DNA of 59,815 bases, from assembly GCA_031276565.1 (NCBI GenBank), contig JAISMS010000060.1:1-59815 (forward strand). Direction: 5' to 3'. The translations under genes were made by a program, and so were the position numbers. The first letter of the stretch is position 1. Each line of letters opens with the position of its first letter. The notes below the pieces were generated by a model. That model was not told the DNA's origin. It worked only from the letters and a program-made list of their open reading frames with translations, and did not search any database. The stretch is from Holosporaceae bacterium. GTDB lineage: Bacteria; Pseudomonadota; Alphaproteobacteria; UBA3830. Positions 8,979 to 19,226 of the stretch are shown here, one piece after another.

Positions 8979-10547
8979 CTAATTCCCTCTCCCGGCAGCC
9001 GCGTTCAGAGCCTTTACCGCCTCCTCCGCCGTCGGAATTTCGCTCAACAGAATGCCGTCGGGCGCGCCGGGACCGAACACCGCCGTAAACGGTATGCCGG
9101 CCCGACCTCGGGCGGAGATGAAACGCATCAGAGCGTCGTCGCCGGGAGTTAACTCAACCTCCAAAAACTCGGCATTGCAAGCTCGCATTGTCTCGCCTAC
9201 TTTTTCGTCCCGGAATACGCGTTTATTGTATCGGCAGGTGAGGCACCAGTCGGCGGTGACGTTGAAGACGATCACCTTCTTTCCGATCTCCCGCGGACTC
9301 AGTTGCAACGGCAAACCCCGGGGAGAATCGTCGCGGGACGCGAATTCCCGGTAGGGAAAACAGAGAAAAAAGAGAATCGTCGCCGTGGCGGCAATCTTAA
9401 ATTTCTTTTTCGCCGACAGCAGAGTCGCAATGGCGAAGAAGGCGACGCAAAGGGCTACGGCGGCGGGACTCAGGCGACGGGACAACAGCCAAAACATCCA
9501 TAAAAACGCGCACAATACGCCGCCGTTGACGATTTTTTCGACAACGCCGCTCCGGGACGCGCAGCCGAGTTTCAGGAAAAAGGACGGCGAGACCGCGAGC
9601 GATGCGATCCAGGGAACGCAAAACCCCGTCGCGATCGCGAAAAACACCGCAAAGAGCTCCGGCAGCGATCCGCCGATCGCAAAAGCCGCCGCGACTCCGA
9701 GGCCGGGAGCCGTGCAGGGCGCAGCCACGACGACGGCGGCAACGGCGGAAAAGAAATTCTCGAAAAAGACGCCGCGCTTCCGGTCGTCGGTTTCCAGAGA
9801 CGGAAACAGGGGTATCAGGCCGAATCCGTACAGGGTGAGAACGAAGAGCGCCAGGGTTACAACCACGAGAAAATACGGATTGCCGAAATGCATTCCCCAT
9901 CCGGCCGTCTCGCCGGTCGCCTTCAGGAAAGCCGTAAAGACGGCGAAAGCGGCGAAGGCGGCATAATTGCCGGCAATCGATCCGACGATCGCCTCCCGGG
10001 ATCTCAGGGATTTCAATTTCATGAGCAATACCGGTAAAACGCAGGGCATGACGTTAAGTATCAGGCCGCCGAGAAAGGCAAGCAACAGCATCGTCGGCAG
10101 AGACTCCGACGGCGATTGTCCGACGTCCGGAACCACGACCAGAGATTTTGAAACGACGGTGCAAACGTCGCTGCATAAAAAGCAGGAAATCGTCAATTCC
10201 GCCCGGACGGGGCGGATTTTCGGATTTTCCCGGGCAAAAAAGAAGACGGCGTTGCAAACATTCACTTCCGGCAGTCGGAAATCGCCGTCGTATTTGAAGT
10301 TTTTCAGATTTTCCGATTTCGCGACGGAAATTTCCGGAGCTTTTGCGAATTTAAACCCCGACGGCGCGGATATCGTAAACTCGCAGCGGAATGTTTCGGC
10401 GTTCAAGGGAATGCAGCGGACGGACGTTTTCAAATCCTCCGGCGATATCGACGTCGCATCGAAGAAAAACAGGCTGATCGGTATCGCCAAAACAAACGCT
10501 TTTATTAAATTTCCCATGAGAATGCCTTTCCGCAATATTTCCGGCAT
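8979..10547 (-). CDS. dsbD: thiol:disulfide interchange protein DsbD (cytochrome c-type biogenesis membrane core plus C-terminal thioredoxin domain)
   Basis: The core is multi-TM with LNVMPCVLPVL and AAPCTAPGL motifs. The C-terminal thioredoxin fold carries WCLTC. The start may instead be the internal MGNLIKAF. Confidence 0.85.
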   Translation of the reverse strand: MPEILRKGILMGNLIKAFVLAIPISLFFFDATSISPEDLKTSVRCIPLNAETFRCEFTISAPSGFKFAKAPEISVAKSENLKNFKYDGDFRLPEVNVCNAVFFFARENPKIRPVRAELTISCFLCSDVCTVVSKSLVVVPDVGQSPSESLPTMLLLAFLGGLILNVMPCVLPVLLMKLKSLRSREAIVGSIAGNYAAFAAFAVFTAFLKATGETAGWGMHFGNPYFLVVVTLALFVLTLYGFGLIPLFPSLETDDRKRGVFFENFFSAVAAVVVAAPCTAPGLGVAAAFAIGGSLPELFAVFFAIATGFCVPWIASLAVSPSFFLKLGCASRSGVVEKIVNGGVLCAFLWMFWLLSRRLSPAAVALCVAFFAIATLLSAKKKFKIAATATILFFLCFPYREFASRDDSPRGLPLQLSPREIGKKVIVFNVTADWCLTCRYNKRVFRDEKVGETMRACNAEFLEVELTPGDDALMRFISARGRAGIPFTAVFGPGAPDGILLSEIPTAEEAVKALNAAAGRGN

Positions 10548-10654
10548 GATATCTTAAAATTGATCGACGTTTCAAATTTCGGGAACAAAACCGCGATATT
10601 TTGATAATTGCAACAAATATTATTGACAGAGTATTAACCTTCCCCCATATGTTA

Positions 10655-10663
10655 TGGTATAAT
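10655..10663 (+). promoter_or_regulatory. candidate extended -10 promoter element (TGgTATAAT)
   Basis: The sequence tggtataat is at 10655..10663, about 20 nt upstream of the MMKK start at 10683. No well-spaced -35 is present (TTGACA at 10623 is 29 nt away). Confidence 0.3.
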
Positions 10664-10682
10664 AAGAATGCAGGGGTCAGGA

Positions 10683-11174
10683 ATGATGAAAAAAATTCTC
10701 GGAATATGCGCCGTTATCGCCTGTTGTGCGGAATTGAGCGCCATGAAAGTAAAAGTCGTAAACAAAGCCGGAGATCGGATCGGCGACACGGTTGCGGTCT
10801 TGTCCGAAAAACAGGAGCCGATATTGTTTGCGGTTACCAATAACAGCGCCAAAAAGACAAGAATAACTGTCAAAATTCTGAGAAAGAACAACGGCCGATA
10901 TCTGTCGGATTCGGATGATTTCAACATCATGGGAAACGACATTTATATCAATCCGCATGACACCGAAAAAATAAAATTATCCTCCTATATCGAAACCCCG
11001 GAGACCCAGGAGTTTGTCGCGGTTTTTCGGAATTCCGGAGGAAACGAAGTTCGCATTCCGTTGGTTTATTCCCCTTCGCCAAAGTCGGAAATAAAGCTGG
11101 AGCGAATCAAAACGGATCGCGACGGTTTTTTAAAAGCGATAATCGACAGAAGATCAAAGTCCGCGGAACGCTAG
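10683..11174 (+). CDS. small secreted hypothetical protein
   Basis: Signal peptide MMKKILGICAVIACCAELSA is followed by beta-rich sequence. I recognise no family. The stop shares a CTAG with the convergent rodA stop. Confidence 0.5.
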   Translation: MMKKILGICAVIACCAELSAMKVKVVNKAGDRIGDTVAVLSEKQEPILFAVTNNSAKKTRITVKILRKNNGRYLSDSDDFNIMGNDIYINPHDTEKIKLSSYIETPETQEFVAVFRNSGGNEVRIPLVYSPSPKSEIKLERIKTDRDGFLKAIIDRRSKSAER

Positions 11175-12268
11175 AAGATCACGCCGCGATTTTCCTTCTT
11201 TGTTAAGGACATCAGAAGTCCGCAGCTGATCATGAAGGTACTCGACGAACTTCCGCCGTAGGATAAAAACGGCAGAGGAACGCCCACGACCGGCAGAATT
11301 CCCGTCACCATCGAAACGTTTACGAAAACGTGCGCAAACACCAGTATTCCGAGTCCGCAGCAGACAAGCCGGGAAAATTTGTTTTTGGCCGCAAATGCGC
11401 CCCACAGAAAACAGCCGCATAGCCCCGCAAACAACAGCAGTATCGAAACCGAACCCACAAATCCGAATTCCTCGGAAAGGGTGGTAAAGATAAAATCTGT
11501 ATTTTTCTCGGGAAGAAAATTCAGACTGCCTTGGGTGCCCTGCAGAAATCCCTTTCCGAATACACGTCCGGAACCGATTGCAATTTTCGACTGCAAAATA
11601 TGATAGCCGGTTCCCAACGGATCCCGATCCGGATCCAAAAAGGTAAGTATTCGGTTCTTCTGGTAGTCCCGCAGGAAAAACCATCCGAACGGACATATGG
11701 TCAGGCATGAAATCAGGAACGAAACGAAAATTTTCAGAGGGAACCCGGCCGCCAATATCATGCCGACTCCGACGCAAAGCAGCAAAACGGCGGTTCCCAA
11801 ATCCGGCTGCTTAATTATCAAAAGAAACGGCAACAGAACGAGTAAAATCGGATAAAGATGATGCTTTAATTCGCCGGTTTCGAAGAATGACAGCATGGAA
11901 TAGTAGCGGGCCAGCGTCAAAATCAGCGCCAGCTTCATAAATTCCGACGGCTGAAAAACAAAGAAGTACAGATCTATCCACCGTTGAGCCCCCAATCTCA
12001 CGATCCCGGACAAATCCGCGATAATCAAAAAAAACAGAACCGCGACATAGAACAGATAGGCGAAACTGCTCCAGAATTTGGAATCCGTCATGTAAACGCA
12101 TCCGAGAAGAACAAGGCCTATTCCGGTTTTTATCAGGTGTCGCAGCGTCTGTCCTTCGAATTTGCCGCCGGATGCGCTGTACTGACCCGCTAAACCTATG
12201 AACAGCAGAAGAAACAATATGATAAACAACGCGTTAAATTCATTGGGAAAAGATTTTTGCAGTTTCAT
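11171..12268 (-). CDS. rodA: peptidoglycan glycosyltransferase RodA (SEDS family)
   Basis: The protein is polytopic with FtsW/RodA/SpoVE motifs (QPSEFMK, DFIFT, LPFLSYGGSS). It lies downstream of mrdA with a 4-nt overlap. Confidence 0.9.
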   Translation of the reverse strand: MKLQKSFPNEFNALFIILFLLLFIGLAGQYSASGGKFEGQTLRHLIKTGIGLVLLGCVYMTDSKFWSSFAYLFYVAVLFFLIIADLSGIVRLGAQRWIDLYFFVFQPSEFMKLALILTLARYYSMLSFFETGELKHHLYPILLVLLPFLLIIKQPDLGTAVLLLCVGVGMILAAGFPLKIFVSFLISCLTICPFGWFFLRDYQKNRILTFLDPDRDPLGTGYHILQSKIAIGSGRVFGKGFLQGTQGSLNFLPEKNTDFIFTTLSEEFGFVGSVSILLLFAGLCGCFLWGAFAAKNKFSRLVCCGLGILVFAHVFVNVSMVTGILPVVGVPLPFLSYGGSSSSTFMISCGLLMSLTKKENRGVIF

Positions 12269-14043
12269 TTTGCCATCAATTTATCAAATATTTGTCGGGC
12301 CACGGGGGCGGCAGCCGAAGCGCCCCCCCCTCCGTGTTCTATCATGACTGCCACCACATATTTCGGATTTTCCCGGGGAGCGCATCCCGTAAAAAAAGCA
12401 TGATCTCTGTATTTCCACGGTATCAGCTTGGAGTTGATTCCCGCTTCACCGGTTTTTATTTGTCGCACCTGAGAGGAGCCGGTTTTGCCGGAAATACCGT
12501 AGCTTGTGTGACATGATCCGGCGGCGGTTCCTTCGGTGCAGACCCGATACAGCGCTTTTTTTATTATATCGGCGCATTCGCGATTAACGGGATTTTCGGC
12601 GCGATTTTTCGATACTCCCCGAATCAAAGTCGGAGAAAAATCATAATCCCCGGAGTAGAGTTTCCCCATCATGACGGCCGACTGCAGCAACGTCGCCAGA
12701 ATCGCCCCTTGCCCTATGCCGATAATCATGGTTTCGTAGGGTTTCCAGAAGGCTCCGTATTTCAGGAATTTCCATTTTTTGCTCGGCAGCAGGCCGGCGT
12801 TTTCTCCCGGCAGCTCTATGCCGGTTTCCGAACCGAATCCGAATTTTTTCGCGTATTTTACAATTCGATCGATGCCGACTTTTTTCGCCGTTTCAAAAAA
12901 ATAACAGTCGCAGGAAAATTTCAAAGCATCCCGCAGATTCATTCGCCCGTGTCCGCTTCTGTTCCAACAATGGAACACGCGATCGTCGAGCTTAACGCCG
13001 CCGGAGCAGAAAATCTGATCGTTCGGAGATATAATGCCTTCGCTCAGGGCTGCGAACGCCACTATTATTTTGAAAATCGACCCCGGAGGATAGGAGCACT
13101 CCACGGCGCGATTCATCAAAGGAAACAGAGGATCTTTAATGACAGCCTCCCATCGGGCGCGGGTCATTCTGCCGGAAATAAGATTCGGATCGAAAGCCGG
13201 AACGGATACCATAGCCAGAACTTCTCCGTCGGGTATGCCGAGGACAACGCAGGCTCCGGCTTTTTCTCGGGACAGCAGATCGCAGACATACTTCTGAAGT
13301 TCGGAATCGATTGTTAAAACGACGTCTTCGCCATCCTTCGGATCTCGGGAATCCGTAACTCTGATCTTTTTGCCGACGGCGTTCACTTCCGTCTGCACGG
13401 TTCCGGTTTCTCCGCTCAGTTTTGCGTTAAAAACCGCCTCGATTCCGGTTTTTCCCGTCGGTGTTCGGACATTGGAACCGCTCCTCGAGACGTATCCGAG
13501 AACGTGGCAAAACTCCAAAGGCATTTTATAATCCCGTCCGTAGGCGATTTCCACGGAAACGCCGTTAAGGCGGAATAAAATCATCGACAGTCGCGAATAT
13601 TCGTCCCAGGACAATTCGTCTTTAATAACGATCAAAGGATTTTTATCGCTGCCGAAGATGCGCGCCTTGTCTTCTTCACTCAGATTGATACAGGCATCCA
13701 GAAGTCGAACGTTTTCGGCGAGAATTTTTCCGCTGCAGCGATCCGCGATCAGCCGGTATCTGCTGTTATTACCCGCCACCGTTTTTCCGTCGGAGGTTAT
13801 GATGCGCCCCCGTTTTGGCAGAAGCGGCGACAGTCTTATTCTGTTCCGGTCGGACAACAGCGTGTATTTTTCGGCGTCGACCACCTGGAGACGATACAGA
13901 CTGACGAGAGGCAGAACGATCGCCGAAAGCATCAGGCAAAATATGATTTTTATCCTTGTTTTTACGTCGATTCTCGGATCGCGATAATTAAACACGGACG
14001 ATCTCCTTGCTGCGGAAAGTTCTCCAAATGCAGAAAGCCGCAT
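12265..14043 (-). CDS. mrdA: penicillin-binding protein 2 (elongasome transpeptidase)
   Basis: Transpeptidase motifs SIFK (SxxK) and KTGS (KTG) are present, and the gene sits in the mreBCD-mrdA-rodA context. The start is uncertain because the ORF overlaps the mreD 3' end by 56 nt. Confidence 0.9.
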   Translation of the reverse strand: MRLSAFGELSAARRSSVFNYRDPRIDVKTRIKIIFCLMLSAIVLPLVSLYRLQVVDAEKYTLLSDRNRIRLSPLLPKRGRIITSDGKTVAGNNSRYRLIADRCSGKILAENVRLLDACINLSEEDKARIFGSDKNPLIVIKDELSWDEYSRLSMILFRLNGVSVEIAYGRDYKMPLEFCHVLGYVSRSGSNVRTPTGKTGIEAVFNAKLSGETGTVQTEVNAVGKKIRVTDSRDPKDGEDVVLTIDSELQKYVCDLLSREKAGACVVLGIPDGEVLAMVSVPAFDPNLISGRMTRARWEAVIKDPLFPLMNRAVECSYPPGSIFKIIVAFAALSEGIISPNDQIFCSGGVKLDDRVFHCWNRSGHGRMNLRDALKFSCDCYFFETAKKVGIDRIVKYAKKFGFGSETGIELPGENAGLLPSKKWKFLKYGAFWKPYETMIIGIGQGAILATLLQSAVMMGKLYSGDYDFSPTLIRGVSKNRAENPVNRECADIIKKALYRVCTEGTAAGSCHTSYGISGKTGSSQVRQIKTGEAGINSKLIPWKYRDHAFFTGCAPRENPKYVVAVMIEHGGGGASAAAPVARQIFDKLMAK

Positions 14044-14449
14044 AGAGAAACAGAGTCCACGTCACCTGTTTGCAATTGGAAGACACGTTGAAGTCTCGGC
14101 CGTTTAATTTCACCAGCAGAAAGTGAAATGCCCGGCAGTAGAGCAGCAACGGCAGCAGATGCAAAAAATCGTCCGCGAAATTCTGAAAAATTGTCTTTAT
14201 TTTGTAGGAAAGCATATAAAACATCGCAGCAGGAGCGAAAGTAACGCCGACGACTCCGAGCGAACATATATCCGAAAATAAAGAAATCAAAAATACGGAG
14301 GAAAGATTAACGTATTTTATTCCCGAACCGTTGGATATAAAAATGAAGCAATACATAAGTCCGTTGCCGAAATTGGCGGAAAAAAATGTCGCCGCCGCAA
14401 GAAAAGCGAAAATCAAACACTGTAAACCCGTTTGTCCGAATCCGTACAT
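13988..14449 (-). CDS. mreD: rod shape-determining protein MreD
   Basis: It is a small, highly hydrophobic polytopic protein located between mreC and mrdA. Confidence 0.7.
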   Translation of the reverse strand: MYGFGQTGLQCLIFAFLAAATFFSANFGNGLMYCFIFISNGSGIKYVNLSSVFLISLFSDICSLGVVGVTFAPAAMFYMLSYKIKTIFQNFADDFLHLLPLLLYCRAFHFLLVKLNGRDFNVSSNCKQVTWTLFLYAAFCIWRTFRSKEIVRV

Positions 14450-14451
14450 TT

Positions 14452-15255
14452 CTACTTTTTCAATACAACCACAAACTTCAACGAATTAAAATTCACAAAC
14501 GGCTTGACCGAAATTTTTTTGCCGTCTTTTTCTATTTTTCCCACCGGAATGCCTTCGCATATGCCGTAGCCGGACGTACTGACCGTTTCTCCGTCTTCCG
14601 GCAATATATCGTCATGAATTACGGATATCCGGAGTCGGCAGCAATTACAGCCCGTCATTATGGCGTTAATCTGCCTTTCGCCGATTTTTACCGGAATGCC
14701 GGAGTTCATATCCGAAATCAGCAGAACATGACTCCAGGCGTCGTGCGCTTCCGTAACCCTGCCGACCAGTCCGTCGGAGTTTCTCACGGCGTCGCCGACG
14801 GATACTCCGTCCGCTCTCCCGACGTTTAATATGCAGGATTCGATGAAATCGCCGGAGAAAATATTGACTACTTTCGCCACAACTATCGGAGAAAGAATTT
14901 GCTCCCTAAGCGAGAGCAGCTTTCTCAATTCCCGATTCTCGAAATCCGCCCTTTTCAGGCTTTCGATTTCTTCGCGCAACCGGATGTTTTCGTCGTGCAG
15001 CTTTATTAATACGCCCTCGACGTCGTTTGTCAGACAATAGCTTAAATCGGAAAGATAATTTCCGCAGGCGTTGTACCATTCGTGCAGAGCAACCCTCGCC
15101 GAACTTACGAGAATTTTACATTTCTCCGTCAGGGGAACAAAACTCTTCGTGTGAAGAAGAACGATGATGAGGAGAAAAAAGAAGATTTTTAAAAACACTC
15201 TTCTCTTTTTGAATCGTCTGAAAAGAGTGAATGATTTTTTCCCGGTTTTATGCAT
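14452..15255 (-). CDS. mreC: rod shape-determining protein MreC
   Basis: It has an N-terminal anchor, a coiled coil (ENIRLREEIESLK) and beta-rich MreC domains, and lies directly downstream of mreB. Confidence 0.85.
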   Translation of the reverse strand: MHKTGKKSFTLFRRFKKRRVFLKIFFFLLIIVLLHTKSFVPLTEKCKILVSSARVALHEWYNACGNYLSDLSYCLTNDVEGVLIKLHDENIRLREEIESLKRADFENRELRKLLSLREQILSPIVVAKVVNIFSGDFIESCILNVGRADGVSVGDAVRNSDGLVGRVTEAHDAWSHVLLISDMNSGIPVKIGERQINAIMTGCNCCRLRISVIHDDILPEDGETVSTSGYGICEGIPVGKIEKDGKKISVKPFVNFNSLKFVVVLKK

Positions 15256-15271
15256 TTACCGGCGACATTGG

Positions 15272-16342
<1,071 letters not shown>

Positions 16343-16464
16343 TCAAAAAACGCACGTATGAAAAGATATATTCTTTTCTCCTCTCTCTCAAGAAAAGATT
16401 TAAGATTGCAAAAAAAAAATAGCATTTTATAATCCTCCTGCGTCTGCGATCGGCATCGAATTTT

Positions 16465-17946
16465 ATGGCGGAGACTATAATGAGGTACGGTTTTATGTCT
16501 GTATGCCTCGGGGTTGCGGTTTATTTGCATCCTCGAGCCGATTGCGGAGCGTCAACAAGAGTGCCGGAACTCAAGAGCGATCGGCAAGTTATTGTTTCGA
16601 ATAAGAATGTTGACAAATCGGATCTTGTTGACGAGATTTTCAGCCTGTCGGGAATCAGACGGTCCCCGGAGGTTTATTTGCAGCCTCGAGTCGATTGCGA
16701 AACGACGACTCAGACGCCGGAGCATAGGGATGAGGGGCAACTTATTGTCGCGGACAAAAATGTTGATAAGTCTGCCATTATCGACGAGATCTTCAACCTG
16801 TCGGGAATCAAGCGGAGCCCGTTTGAAAATCCTTTTCTGACAAAGGAAAAATCCGGCTCTTTCGGCAGCTCTCCGAAAAACGATTGCGATAAGATCTCCA
16901 GACAATTGGCCGGGCTTTTCATTCCAGATAACATGCTGGCAAATCAAGCGCGCATAGATTACGCGAGATTCATGCATCGGGAGTGGAACAAACTCCGGGA
17001 AGCCAGTCTGTTTAAAATAGAAGATTGGAGTAAAAAAAATATACTTCCGCATCTGTCGGAGGATACGACGGCGTTATTTTACCCGTTCGGAGGGCCGGAC
17101 ATAGCTTATGCGTTAAATTTTTTCCCCCGCATGCGGACCTACATACTGATCGGACTCGAACCTGTCGGAAACTTCGACAGCGTAAGAAAAAACATCAACA
17201 ACGATTCCGCGACGGAGGCCCTGAAACAGGCTTTTTCAGCCTACCTGAGCAAGGGATATTTCATTACTTCCCAGATGACAACCCAATTGTTCAACAAAGA
17301 TATTAAGGGAACCATATATCCGTTGCTCATAGAACTGGTCAAAAGCGGATTTACGGTGAACGACGTTAAAAATCTGTCCCTGACGCCGGAAGGCGAAGAA
17401 GCCGCCCCCGGAATCGGGTTGTTGAACGGCGTGAAAATCACGTTTGCGCCGACGGAGGGCGGAGAATTAAAAACCGTCTACTACATAAGGGCCGATCTTT
17501 GCAACTCCAACAACCGACTGGCAAATTTGACCAATTTTGTAAAACGCTTCCGGTTCGCGACTTTTATAAAGAGCGCCTCCTACGTTCTGCACGATAAATC
17601 AGCCTCTAAAATCAGGGATTTTATCCTCGAAAACAGCGCTGCGATTCTGCAGGACGACACCGGCGTCCCGTTTTGTCATTTTACGAGGTGGAACAAGCAT
17701 ATTTTCGGCCGATACACGACTCCGATACTGTCGATATTTAAGGGATACAGGCAGACGGACATGAGCGACTACTACGCAAAACATAAAGCCGTCGAAATCG
17801 GATTTAAAATCGGCTACGGATTTAACGCGGATCGGCCGAATCTGCTCCTTGCGATACCGGCTGCGACAATAAAAACTAATGAAGCAATATGCCCCCACTG
17901 CAAAAAACGCCTTTGTGACATGACGACTGCTTCGCAGGATAAATAA
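16465..17946 (+). CDS. hypothetical protein with an N-terminal 51-aa tandem duplication and an unrecognised ~370-aa C-terminal domain
   Basis: The 493-aa ORF has coherent composition. The globular region contains FYPFGGPDIAYALNFFP...LIGLEPVG and ends with CPHCKKRLC. I cannot assign a family. Confidence 0.6.
   Translation: MAETIMRYGFMSVCLGVAVYLHPRADCGASTRVPELKSDRQVIVSNKNVDKSDLVDEIFSLSGIRRSPEVYLQPRVDCETTTQTPEHRDEGQLIVADKNVDKSAIIDEIFNLSGIKRSPFENPFLTKEKSGSFGSSPKNDCDKISRQLAGLFIPDNMLANQARIDYARFMHREWNKLREASLFKIEDWSKKNILPHLSEDTTALFYPFGGPDIAYALNFFPRMRTYILIGLEPVGNFDSVRKNINNDSATEALKQAFSAYLSKGYFITSQMTTQLFNKDIKGTIYPLLIELVKSGFTVNDVKNLSLTPEGEEAAPGIGLLNGVKITFAPTEGGELKTVYYIRADLCNSNNRLANLTNFVKRFRFATFIKSASYVLHDKSASKIRDFILENSAAILQDDTGVPFCHFTRWNKHIFGRYTTPILSIFKGYRQTDMSDYYAKHKAVEIGFKIGYGFNADRPNLLLAIPAATIKTNEAICPHCKKRLCDMTTASQDK
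16519..16824 (+). repeat. 2 x 153-bp in-frame tandem duplication inside the 16465..17946 CDS
   Basis: VYLHPRADCGASTRVPELKSDRQVIVSNKNVDKSDLVDEIFSLSGIRRSPE aligns with VYLQPRVDCETTTQTPEHRDEGQLIVADKNVDKSAIIDEIFNLSGIKRSPF. Confidence 0.9.
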
Positions 17947-17989
17947 AGCAATAACGGCGCAAAGTCGGGCAGCGGAGCAAAAACCTGTC

Positions 17990-18610
17990 TCAGACGAAAA
18001 GAATCCTCTCGATCTCTTTCGGATCCGCCGCTCCGATTCTCAGGATTCTGTTGCCGGGCAAATCGACGACCGTGGATTCTACGCCGAGGGAGCAGCGTCC
18101 TCCGTCCAGAATTATCAGTTTTTTGTCGTCGCCCAAACTGTCGGAGGCCTCCTGCGCGGTGACCGGACTTGCCGTGCCGGATTTATTCGCGCTCGGAGCT
18201 GCCAAAGGAAAGGATAATTTCGACAATAAAGCCGATGCGACCGGATCGGACGGTACCCTTATGCCGACGGTATCGGTTCCGGCGGAGCACAAAAGCGATA
18301 TCCTCGAATCTGCCCGCCGCTTCATAATAATCGTAACCGGCCCCGGCAGAAACTTTTCCGCCAAAAGCAAAGCCTTACTGTCGGATTCAACGTCTTCCAA
18401 AGCCTCTTCAAAGCTGCGGTAGCAGACGCTCAACGGCTTCAGTTTCGGACGTCCCTTGTAATCGTAAAGCCCGGCGACGGCGGCGTTGTTGCGGGCGTCA
18501 ACGCCGACGCCGTAGACGGTCTCGGTCGGGAAAACAACTGCTTCTCCGCGACCGAGAGCCTCTGCGGCATATTTTATATTCCCGTCGTCGGGAATCAGAA
18601 TTTCATGCAC
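17990..18610 (-). CDS. tsaC: L-threonylcarbamoyladenylate synthase (YrdC/TsaC/Sua5 family)
   Basis: YrdC-domain motifs VVFPTETVYGVGVDA and PLAAPSANKSG are present. The length is 206 aa. Confidence 0.8.
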   Translation of the reverse strand: MHEILIPDDGNIKYAAEALGRGEAVVFPTETVYGVGVDARNNAAVAGLYDYKGRPKLKPLSVCYRSFEEALEDVESDSKALLLAEKFLPGPVTIIMKRRADSRISLLCSAGTDTVGIRVPSDPVASALLSKLSFPLAAPSANKSGTASPVTAQEASDSLGDDKKLIILDGGRCSLGVESTVVDLPGNRILRIGAADPKEIERILFV

Positions 18611-18613
18611 GAA

Positions 18614-19087
18614 TCAATAGGGGGCCAACCGGGAGCGTCCCTTTTCAACAATCAACAGAGCCCGTTGTCCCGGATTCAGAACGACGTCCGTTCCCTGAAC
18701 GACCGTTTTCAAACCGTGCCCGCCGTCCAGTTCTACGACGTACTCATAGGCCTTTTGCGATTTCAAACTCTTTTCGGCATAGGCTCCGGCCGCCGCTCCG
18801 GCCAACGCTCCGGCGACGGTGGCGGTCGTACGTCCGCGGCCTCCTCCGACCGTATTGCCCAGTGCTCCGCCCGCAAGCGCCCCGAGCATCTGCCCGGTCC
18901 TGTTATCCTCCAATCTTTCTCCCTCTTCCACAGAAACGGTACGCACCTTAATCACGGTGCAGAGATAGGTGGTGGCCGCCTCTCCCAACGTCTTCGCATC
19001 ATAGGTTGACGAAGAGATATCTCTGGCGCATCCTCCGATCATCAATAGAGCGCTGCAGAAAATCGCCGATATCATAATTTTTTTCAC
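18614..19087 (-). CDS. outer-membrane lipoprotein with glycine-zipper domain (SlyB / 17-kDa-antigen-like)
   Basis: A lipobox (LLMIGGC) is followed by the glycine zipper GALAGGALGNTVGGGRGRTTATVAGALAGAAAGAYA. Confidence 0.7.
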   Translation of the reverse strand: MKKIMISAIFCSALLMIGGCARDISSSTYDAKTLGEAATTYLCTVIKVRTVSVEEGERLEDNRTGQMLGALAGGALGNTVGGGRGRTTATVAGALAGAAAGAYAEKSLKSQKAYEYVVELDGGHGLKTVVQGTDVVLNPGQRALLIVEKGRSRLAPY

Positions 19088-19226
19088 TTATACCTCCGTT
19101 AAAAACGAAAATTATTCTAGTTTAAAGCATCATCTGATGCAACATTATTAATGTCCTCTTCCGAAAAGAAAGAAAATCGGCTCCAAAATTAATAAAATAG
19201 TAGTACATTTGTGAAACAATCGGCGC

